NCBI GenBank assembly: GCA_031260885.1
Contig: JAISKP010000140.1
Location: forward strand, 1 to 63,426
Source: Eubacteriales Family XIII. Incertae Sedis bacterium
Lineage (GTDB): Bacteria > Bacillota > Clostridia > Peptostreptococcales > Anaerovoracaceae
DNA length: 63,426 nt
Direction: 5' to 3'
Shown here: piece after piece, positions 49,272 to 57,600 of the stretch
Layout: each line of letters begins with the position of its first letter
Position numbering within the stretch: the stretch's first letter is position 1
Made by a program: the position numbers and the translations under genes
Notes under the pieces: model-generated
Database searches by the model: none
Told to the model about the DNA's origin: nothing
What the model saw: the letters and a program-made list of their open reading frames with translations, nothing else

Positions 49272-52200
49272 TCAGGGACCTGCCCTTGCGCTGTGATCCG
49301 GCTTTTCCTCCGGGCGTGGTCTCCTATACAGAAGCAGCAGGATCAAAACAATACCTGCGATCACCATCGCGATGAGGATGCTTAGAATCGGAAAGGAATC
49401 CCCTGTTTTGGGTATGTCCGTGTTTTTGTGCACTTGTTGCTGCGGCACATCATCGGCAGGTTCATCGCCGGGGGGTTCTCCCGCAGGTTCAACATCGGGA
49501 TCCGGCTGAAACGTTTTCGGGTAGACCTCTATATCGTAAAGTACGGATCCGCCTGCTCCGGGCACGACGGTGGGAATCTCCACCAAGAACGGCGACTGCG
49601 CGCCCTGTTCACTGACCAGATAAATCCCTAACGGCAACCCGCCGAACACCGCTTCTCCGTTCACGTCCGTCGCGATCGTCTGCGGCGCATAAGCACCGCT
49701 GCCATCTGCTATATAGGATTTGCCGCCGTAGGTGAATACGACATCATCCTTTGTATCCGGCGTGGGATCGATCAAGACCTTCTCTACCGTAAAATCAACG
49801 CCGGGCATCGGGTTCGCCTCTACGGGCAGCTTGGAGACGTCCTGCGCAGTCCCCGTGCCGGGACGCAGACCGGACTCCGAGGTGTCATGCACTGCATGCT
49901 TGTGTATCGTGATGCTCCCTGACGTCGGAACATCAGCGTAGACATCGGGATCTGCTGCAACGCAAGTGAGCACAACGACAAGGGCTGTCATCAGGACGGT
50001 GCGTACAATGCGCTTTATCAGCGCAGGATCGCGGCGGCGTCCCGAGAGGAAGACGAGCGCTGCCAGCCCGAAGATCATCGCGGCGCCGACCGTCAGGATG
50101 GAAAGATCTCGGGGAAGGACGCCTGTAAGCGGAAGTACCGTCGTCTTGTAATTTGGCAACCTGAGGTTCGTGTTGCCTGTATCTGCGATAAAAGCGGGCG
50201 GCATCAGCGGCCCCTCGGCAGTGATCGAGGTGATCGGATGCTCATCATCCGCGTCTACGGAGATGATCCACCAACCGAGCGGGCACTCATAGCCGTCCGG
50301 GGCGCTTGTCTCAAGAAGCAGATACTGGCCGCTTTCAATGTTCCCGAAATCAACGAGGCCTTGTTCGTCACTGGCCACGTCACCGGAGGAGACTGACACC
50401 CAGCATGTTGCCGTGTCCGGGTCAAAGGCATCGTGATCTCCGGGCTGCGTATGAGCCTCGTTGCTGCATACATAGAGCATGAACGCTGCATCCGGCAGCG
50501 GCGATGAATCCGAGGCTTTTACCTTCGTGAACCTAAACGGTACTTTCTTCGCCAACTTGACGATGAGCTCCGCTTCAGGCGTATCTAGGGGGGTACCGTT
50601 GTTTACGATGATACCGCCTGTGTTTTTGATCGCGTCTGCGAGCTCGGCATCGGTCACTGTATCTTTTATCTTTGCAAGGATTTCCATGCGGATCGTCTTA
50701 TCGAGGGTCGCTATGTCGCTCGCATGATTAAATTTGAAACTTACGATGCTGCTGCCGTCCTGGTTGGGCGTGACCGTTATGGTGCCTTTGTTTGTGACAT
50801 CCGTATTACCCGCATAGACTTTCACTGCGTTTGCGGCTGTGTCTGACAGCTCAAGCTTCGCAGGCATCAGATCCTGAATCTCCATGGATGTATATGCGCT
50901 TACGTCCGCGGGCAGCGTCGTGCTGATCTGATAGCGTACGACCTCTGTGCGGTCTGTGATCGTGTAGCTTTTTTCGAAAGCACTCGATGCGGTATTGAAA
51001 ATATTTTTGTCGCAGTCTGAGGGCGGCACGAGTACCGGCGTAGGGATTTTCTTAAACCCGAAGAATTTGGTTACAGAGCCGCTTGCAACGATTCCGTTAT
51101 GATAGTTCCAGCCGCCATGATTTGCTGACGCCGGCACCCATTCATACCACTGCCCGTCTATTACGAACCGTTCCTGAAAACCATTGATCGTATAGGTATG
51201 ACCCTGCTCAAGAACCTGCGCACCGGAGACGATATTTCCACTCTGATCGAGGTAGTCGGATGGTTTTAATATAATTCGGTTGCTCAGATCATTAAGAACT
51301 GTGCCTGCAGTGTTTATTGCCTCCCCGGCATCGTTCACAAGATAGTACTCGAGTCTGATGGCTGTGCTGGGGTGGAGCAATATGGGCGTATCGACAAGTA
51401 TTTCACAATTCTTATCGTTAAAATTCTTATAGGTAAGAGAGGCTGCGCCGCTGTTTGTCGGGAGCACATGGTCTGTCACGCCATCGTTTAGCTTGATGGG
51501 AATCGTAATGGTGGCATACCCATTGCTCGGGACTTCACCCACGTTCCAGTTGACATTATTTCCACTTCGTGTCGCCGTCCCCTGACTGACCTGCGGCGTT
51601 CCGTTTGCATGGAAGTACTGCGCGTTGATCACATCTGCGAGATTGGCGTTTGTTGCGGCGGATATCATCTTGTTTGAGATTTCTTCTAATATTGCGGGAA
51701 GTTCGGCTGCGGCTATGTTCCACGATCCGGCATTCTGAATCCCGTTAAGAATCGCTACCGCTTGTGCGCCTACTCCGATACCAACCGAGTAAATCTTCAC
51801 ACCATTACTTTTGAGCGTGCTAACTGTAGATTCATAGTCGGAGATATTGCCCGATGGTAGATTGGGTTGACCGTCAGAAACGAACAGAATCGTCGTCGGA
51901 CGGGAGCTATCCGCGCCTGTCCTCCCATCAATAATTGATTTTGCCTTTAAAAATGCATCCGTATAGTTCGTTTCGCCGCCGGGAGCTGCATCCATAATAG
52001 CGTTATGCAATGTCTCTGTGGTGCTGCCAAGCTGAGCCGCGACAGTAGCCGTACTTGCAAATGTAACCAATGCAAGACGATTGCCGCTGTTTGCTGCAGC
52101 GATATCAACGAAATGATTGGTGGCACCTTTTTCGGCGCTGAGTAGCGTGTTCAGTGGCGGAAGAACCGGCAAATCCATGTACCAAGTACCGGGGTAGTTT

Positions 52201-53051
52201 GCGTTGGGACCGGGCACTGTTTTCACATCTGGGTGTACATGAGGTGTTCCGTCCATATTTGATGCACTGAGACGCATGCCTCGTTGTGACATAGTAAAAC
52301 TGAACTGTTTCCATTCCGGGGTCGGGGTATCCTTAAGCTGTACACCATCGTATGGGCAAAAGTATTGCGGTATTGTCGCATAATCCTGAACATTCGTAGT
52401 TCCCGGGTTCCAGACGGTACTGTCTGACACATCGAGTACGATGATGATATCCGAAGCGGTGTCCATCGGCTTTCCCCAGAGATTGAACGTGACTTCTGCC
52501 AGACCGTTCTCCTCGTCTGTCCATTCCGCGCTTTTCGCCATACGGACGTAGCCCGGGTTCGGATCCTGCGGGTACTGCAACGCGTCATAGCCGGGGGCAG
52601 ATTTATTGGGATATGACAGCTGTGCGTCATCGGGGATGTTCGCCTGCGCGCCCATCGCCCGGATGAGGCTGCCGCTCACGATGTCTGCAAACAGGCTTCT
52701 TATGGGTTTTTGTACGTCGGATAGATCAGAGTCGTCTTCCGGATCCTCCGCTTCGGATGTTTCATCTTCCGCATCCGCATCCGCGTCCGAGACTTCCTCT
52801 GTTTCATCCGCGCCCGGGTTTGGTGCATCCGGTTCTTCTGTTCCATTCTCGGCATCCGATTCAGAACCATCCTGTTCCGTTTCCTGTTCGGAAATAGCCT
52901 GCTCCGTTGTTTCACCGGCCGACATTTCGGCTTCGTCGCCGAAGATCGCGGTAGGGATGAAGACGACGACCGAAAACAGGATCGTTACGGACAGAATGTG
53001 TGCGATCAGTTTTGCTTTTATATGTTGTTTTTGTGAAATACAGACGCTCAG
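49272..53051 (-). CDS. vWA-domain pilus tip adhesin fused in frame to a basal/minor pilin (single ORF; proposed CTG start)
   Basis: - A signal peptide lies upstream of the first ATG.
- An acidic low-complexity tract follows.
- The vWA domain has the MIDAS motif DVSDS (52419-52433), plus TNYTDAF and FVSDGQPN.
- A CnaB-like region carries the E-box YLLLETSAPDGY.
- The first sorting signal is LPLTG (50121-50135) plus a TM plus GRRRD.
- With no stop codon, a signal-peptide-like segment (IKRIVRTVLMTALVVVLTCVAADPDVYA) comes next.
- A pilin domain follows (GSITIHK, EVYPKTF), then a Pro/Asp-rich tail.
- The second sorting signal is IPKTG (49401-49415) plus a TM plus RRPRP. Confidence 0.75.
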   Translation of the reverse strand: MSVCISQKQHIKAKLIAHILSVTILFSVVVFIPTAIFGDEAEMSAGETTEQAISEQETEQDGSESDAENGTEEPDAPNPGADETEEVSDADADAEDETSEAEDPEDDSDLSDVQKPIRSLFADIVSGSLIRAMGAQANIPDDAQLSYPNKSAPGYDALQYPQDPNPGYVRMAKSAEWTDEENGLAEVTFNLWGKPMDTASDIIIVLDVSDSTVWNPGTTNVQDYATIPQYFCPYDGVQLKDTPTPEWKQFSFTMSQRGMRLSASNMDGTPHVHPDVKTVPGPNANYPGTWYMDLPVLPPLNTLLSAEKGATNHFVDIAAANSGNRLALVTFASTATVAAQLGSTTETLHNAIMDAAPGGETNYTDAFLKAKSIIDGRTGADSSRPTTILFVSDGQPNLPSGNISDYESTVSTLKSNGVKIYSVGIGVGAQAVAILNGIQNAGSWNIAAAELPAILEEISNKMISAATNANLADVINAQYFHANGTPQVSQGTATRSGNNVNWNVGEVPSNGYATITIPIKLNDGVTDHVLPTNSGAASLTYKNFNDKNCEILVDTPILLHPSTAIRLEYYLVNDAGEAINTAGTVLNDLSNRIILKPSDYLDQSGNIVSGAQVLEQGHTYTINGFQERFVIDGQWYEWVPASANHGGWNYHNGIVASGSVTKFFGFKKIPTPVLVPPSDCDKNIFNTASSAFEKSYTITDRTEVVRYQISTTLPADVSAYTSMEIQDLMPAKLELSDTAANAVKVYAGNTDVTNKGTITVTPNQDGSSIVSFKFNHASDIATLDKTIRMEILAKIKDTVTDAELADAIKNTGGIIVNNGTPLDTPEAELIVKLAKKVPFRFTKVKASDSSPLPDAAFMLYVCSNEAHTQPGDHDAFDPDTATCWVSVSSGDVASDEQGLVDFGNIESGQYLLLETSAPDGYECPLGWWIISVDADDEHPITSITAEGPLMPPAFIADTGNTNLRLPNYKTTVLPLTGVLPRDLSILTVGAAMIFGLAALVFLSGRRRDPALIKRIVRTVLMTALVVVLTCVAADPDVYADVPTSGSITIHKHAVHDTSESGLRPGTGTAQDVSKLPVEANPMPGVDFTVEKVLIDPTPDTKDDVVFTYGGKSYIADGSGAYAPQTIATDVNGEAVFGGLPLGIYLVSEQGAQSPFLVEIPTVVPGAGGSVLYDIEVYPKTFQPDPDVEPAGEPPGDEPADDVPQQQVHKNTDIPKTGDSFPILSILIAMVIAGIVLILLLLYRRPRPEEKPDHSARAGP

Positions 53052-53069
53052 TTTATGGCTCCCCCCGGT

Positions 53070-53113
53070 TGTTCTATAAGATACTTAAAGCTGTTCTATA
53101 AGATGCTTAAAGC
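53070..53113. repeat. Tandem 22-bp direct repeat immediately upstream of the pilus-operon SD
   Basis: tgttctataagatActtaaagc / tgttctataagatGcttaaagc match at 21 of 22 positions. The repeat is followed by the 8-bp-stem palindrome aagctgca-acgc-tgcagctt. Confidence 0.85.
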
Positions 53114-53150
53114 TGCAACGCTGCAGCTTCCTAATATATTCATACCCAAG

Positions 53151-53177
53151 ATTCTAAAAATCTAAACATTTTAGAAT
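53151..53177. promoter_or_regulatory. Perfect 9-bp inverted repeat (candidate operator) in the pilus leader/promoter region
   Basis: ATTCTAAAA-N9-TTTTAGAAT lies in the AT-rich region about 100-125 nt upstream of the proposed start codon. Confidence 0.4.
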
Positions 53178-53350
53178 GATATTTATGTGAGGAAGTGATT
53201 TTAATTCGATTTTTCAGCACAAAAAACAAATGACTGTCAAATAATATTAAACACTTTGGCGTATTTTTTAATGTTGTACAGGGCGTCCTCCAAGGCTTCC
53301 GATCGCGCGCTTTGATTTACGCATCCGTCGCTCATTTCGTAGGCAAAATG

Positions 53351-53389
53351 AAACCCGCCAGCCTTGATATTTCAAGGTCTGGCGGGTTT
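53351..53389. terminator. Strong hairpin, a likely bidirectional intrinsic terminator after the HD-GYP regulator gene
   Basis: aaacccgccagccttga-tatt-tcaaggTctggcgggttt forms a 17-bp stem with one bulge. It is flanked by an A-run and a T-run on both sides, and lies 70 nt downstream of the regulator's stop. Confidence 0.75.
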
Positions 53390-53460
53390 TCGCTTTCGTA
53401 AAAAGCCGTCGTATAATTAAGAAGGCAACGTCGTGTAATCAGGCGAACAAAGCGGAAGGT

Positions 53461-54537
53461 CTATTGATTTTCTGCGATCTTTGCGAAATCATCCGATACT
53501 TCCAGAAAGACGGCTACGAGTTTCGGATCAAAGTGCGTACCGCTACCCTCTTCAATGATCATTTTTGCTTTCTCCGGAGACATTGGCTCCTTGTATGGGC
53601 GCTTCGAGATCAGCGCGTCGTACACATCTGCAACCGCCATAAGTCTGCCGAGCAAGGGAATATCTTCTCCCTTTAATCCGTCGGGGTAACCGCTGCCGTC
53701 CCACTTTTCATGATGCGTCTGTGCAAAAATCTTCGCGTTTTCGAGGAAATCATCCTCCGTGGTCTGTTCTTCGATACGGTGAATCACTTCGACGCCGATC
53801 GATGGGTGTTTTTTCATGATCGCAAACTCTTCATCGGTGAGTTTGCCGGGCTTGTTTAAGATGAGGTCGCTGATGGCGATTTTTCCGATGTCGTGAAGCT
53901 GTGCCGACGGCAGGAGAAAATTCAAATCCCAGCTGTCCATCTCTTCTCGATAGACGCCCTTCCCTTTCATTCCGTTGATCAGCACCTTGAGGTATTTGAC
54001 CGTTCTGCCGACATGATCGCCGGTGATGTTGTCGCGGAACTCCACCATTTCGGCAAGCGTGCTCATAATGGCGCTCTGCAGTTCGAGAACCTGTTCTGTT
54101 TTCTTCTCAACCATCTCCTGTAAATGTTCGTTGAACTTCTTCAACTCGATTTTTTGATCGGCAAGTTTGATCGTGTTTTCGATTCGCTTGATCAGGAGCG
54201 GCGGTGAAAAAGGCTTTGCGATATAGTCCGCAGCGCCCAGGGACAATCCCTCAAATTCACTGTCTGAATCCGTAAGAGAGGTGATGAAGATCACCGGGAT
54301 ATCGAAATCCGCATTGTCCTCTTTTAGTTTGCGCAGCGCGGCATAGCCGTTGACGCCCGGCATTTCAATGTCCAGTAGAATCAGATCCGGCGTGATCACG
54401 CCGAGCAACTGAAACAGTTTTTCCGCCGAGGGTACGGTGAATACCTCGTATTGATCCTTGAGTACCTTTTTCCCGAGTGTCAGATTTGCGATGTTGTCGT
54501 CTACCAGGATGATTTTCTTTTTTTCATTTGCGTCCAT
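53461..54537 (-). CDS. Response regulator with REC and HD-GYP (c-di-GMP phosphodiesterase-type) domains
   Basis: REC is shown by ILVDDN...DLILLDIEMPGVNGY...ITS...K. HD-GYP is shown by HDIGKI...HHEKWDGSGYPDGL. No histidine kinase gene is adjacent. Confidence 0.9.
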   Translation of the reverse strand: MDANEKKKIILVDDNIANLTLGKKVLKDQYEVFTVPSAEKLFQLLGVITPDLILLDIEMPGVNGYAALRKLKEDNADFDIPVIFITSLTDSDSEFEGLSLGAADYIAKPFSPPLLIKRIENTIKLADQKIELKKFNEHLQEMVEKKTEQVLELQSAIMSTLAEMVEFRDNITGDHVGRTVKYLKVLINGMKGKGVYREEMDSWDLNFLLPSAQLHDIGKIAISDLILNKPGKLTDEEFAIMKKHPSIGVEVIHRIEEQTTEDDFLENAKIFAQTHHEKWDGSGYPDGLKGEDIPLLGRLMAVADVYDALISKRPYKEPMSPEKAKMIIEEGSGTHFDPKLVAVFLEVSDDFAKIAENQ

Positions 54538-54687
54538 TGTAATTACCTCTCTGATCTAACCGCTTGCTTTTTCATTTTTACCCAGAAAGCTTGTTTTTAA
54601 AACACCGAACGCAGAAATATATAATATATATGTAGATTTCAAATAGGGCGATTCCTGCAATCCGGTTGACAGGAGGTAAATCGCGCT

Positions 54688-57600
54688 TTATTCGAATATT
54701 TTATCATAATTGCAGATGCCCCGATAGCGACAATAAGTACAGGCCGTCTTGTTTTTACCGTCAGCGGTTTTTAAATGCCGCGCGGTCATCGGCCGGGCAG
54801 CGATTTCACCGTCCGCAATGCGCGTCAGCAGATCCTCGATCAGGATGTCTGCCGACTGTCGGAGCGCGGCAAAATCTGCCGGTTCTATCGCGCTTTTTCC
54901 CTTGCCAGATGCGCCGAGCAGCGCTACGAGCGCAGGATCGTTTAGGTAAACACCATCGAGGTTAAAAGCGTCTGCGGCAGCTTCGGCAACATCGGTCTTT
55001 CCGTTGTCGTTGATGCGCGGCTCTGCGAGTTTAAAGTAAAAGATGCCCGCCGGCTTGAAAGATTCGGACGCCGCTTTCAGATAAATCATCAGCTGGAGTT
55101 GCCAGCCGTTTAAGACATCCGCTGCGCTGAAAGACTCGGCGCCGGTTTTATAGTCGATGATCCGCGCATAACCGCCGGGATAGACGTCCACCCGGTCGAT
55201 TCTGCCGCGAACCTGAAAATTCTTTCCGTTGATGGTGGATTCGATCGGCGGAAACACGCCGCCCGGTTCGAAGCTTGTTTCAAAAAGCATCGAATCGATC
55301 CCGCCGGCTTTTGTCTGCATTGTCAGCGCCCATGCCGCATCCGAAACGATGTGCCGGATCCGTTCGGATTTATAGCGTTCATAACCGCCGCCTTCGAGCA
55401 GTCCTTCCTGAAAACCGGATAAGGTCTCATCGAAGATCCTGCCGGCTTTGTCTCTGCAGGCTGCTTCGTCAAGCAACTGCCATTGTGAAGCGGGATCGCT
55501 TACGGACACAGCGTCTTCACACATCTCCATCCCATACCGCATGAGCGCAAGATGCGCCAGATCGCCGATGCTGCGTGAATCGATTTCGTGAATACGACGC
55601 TCACCGAGACGGATTCCGCTTCCGAGGAACCACGAAAAAGGGCAGCGGCTGAATCGTTCCAGCGCAGACGGAGAGGTCTGGACGATATCGGCTGACGCGT
55701 ACAGCTTTTCGATCGATTCTTTTTCAACGTGGTCGTTTCTATTTCGGAAATTCAGCCCGGCGCGAATACCCGCAAGCCTTTCCGGATCGTACTTGACAAA
55801 CCAGCGCCACACATCAGCCCAAACAGCGGGCATGAATTCACCGCTGATCCACCTGCGCAGATTGTCGGTCAGATGATGCAGCGTTTCCTCTTTCGCCTGA
55901 ATGAGGGTGCGTGCTTTGTCGGAATCCGTATAAAGATCTGCCGCGCTCAGAATATCCTTTTCGACCGGAACTTCCGGGAACAATCGTCGTACTCTCTCGA
56001 AGATCAGAGAAGGACGAAGCTCTTTGCCGTCTCCGTCGCTGACAGCGTAGCTCATGTAAAGAAATTGCTGCGGTTTACAGAGATTTCGATAAATTGCGAG
56101 CTGCTCTTCCGCGCGCATGAAATCCGCGCTTCTGACGATATCGTGTCCGCGATCCGACAACAGACGCTTTTCATCTTCATTGAGAACGCCGTCATCCGCA
56201 TTTTCAGCGGGCAACACGCCGTCATTTGCGCCGAGGACGAAGAGGACTTTGGTTTTTCCGGTTCTTGTCCGTTGCATGGTGCCGACAACGATCTGATCCA
56301 TTGCCGGCGGAAGGATTCCGATGCGAACCTGTGAAAATCCCGCATGCAAAACGATCGCGTATTCTTCCATTGACATCGGCAGATCGCCGAGCACTTCGAT
56401 CAGTTGAAGCAAGATATCCTCGCAGACCCGAGGAATCCCTGCGACTTCGAGGGCGTTTTCGAGTCGACCTTCCGCTTCGAGCCCGGCGGCCAACGCTTCT
56501 GCGGCTTCCGAAATATTTGCCTCTTTGTTTAAGAACCGGAGCAAGGCTTCGGTTCTGCCTTTTGCTGTTTTTTCGCGTTTGAAGCTTTCTTCAAAGCTTC
56601 CGAGCAAATCGTTTACAAGAATCCGTGAAGCGTTCAGGCGGGCGAACTCTTCGTCATCGTAAGCCGCCTGCCCGCTTTTTCCGAGCGTGAATTCGCTACG
56701 CCATTTTTTGCCGGAGATTTTGTATTTGATCACATAATTTTCAAGCTCTTCCCAGTCTGCGCGCGGGATGGGCGTCAGTCCTGTCTTGAGAAGTGCAAAA
56801 ACATCCTCGTATTTTCTGCCGTTTGCGGCAATTTCGGGCAACGCAAGGATAAACCGGAGTACGGGATTTTGAGAAATATCCCGCCGCTTGTCGATAAAGA
56901 CCGGAAGTCCGTATTCGGAAAATACGCGATGAATAACGGAAGCGCGCGCATCCATATCATTGCAGAGCACGAGGATATCTCTATACCGGAGGTCTTCTTC
57001 GCGAAGCATTTCCGCGATCTGCGCAGCGGCAGTCTCCGCTTCGGCATAATAATTTGCAGCAGCAACGAGCCGCAGTGGCGGGCGCGGTGAGTCAGAGACA
57101 AAGGGGGATGGTTCGGTCTTCTCGGTCTTCTTTTCTTCCGCCCTGCGCCCGTATGAAAATAATTCCTGTTCGATCTTCAGCATCGGATCCGGTTTTTGGT
57201 GGATGTAGGTTTCCGGGATTGCGGAGAGTCCGCATTCATAACCGCCTTGGTGCGCATCTGCCTGAAGTTTTTCAATCAGCGCGTTCGTCAGAGAAAAAAA
57301 AGGATTTACCGGCTCGGCAGTCAGGACGATGTTCACCGAAATGGACTTTCGAATCAGGGCGTTCACCGCTTCCAGCATTGCCGGCGAAAAAGAATCGAAA
57401 CCGGAGAACCAGATTTCAGAAGACGCGATCAATGCCGACGCTTCAATCCGATCGACAGCCATGTGCAACCTGTCCGGCATGTCAAGGAATTTTCCTGACA
57501 CCGCATCCTCATATGCCGCATAGACTGCGGAAACATCTGTGAGCTTTCGTTTGAGCAGCGACGGGTCGCCTAAGCTCTCCGTGATGGTTTTCAGGGTCTC

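Noticed and set aside
53237-53335. A 32-aa ORF (MSDGCVNQSARSEALEDALYNIKKYAKVFNII) between the regulator's terminator and the pilus promoter region.
   Set aside because: It has plausible helical composition. However, it has no SD, starts immediately after a terminator hairpin, and belongs to no family I recognise. That is not enough to call a gene.
53052-53340. A possible c-di-GMP riboswitch in the pilus leader, suggested by the neighbouring HD-GYP regulator.
   Set aside because: Reading the minus strand, I could not find the conserved GEMM-I core (e.g. ACGCAAAGC with a paired GNRA-loop/receptor) or GEMM-II signatures. Only a covariance-model scan could settle this.
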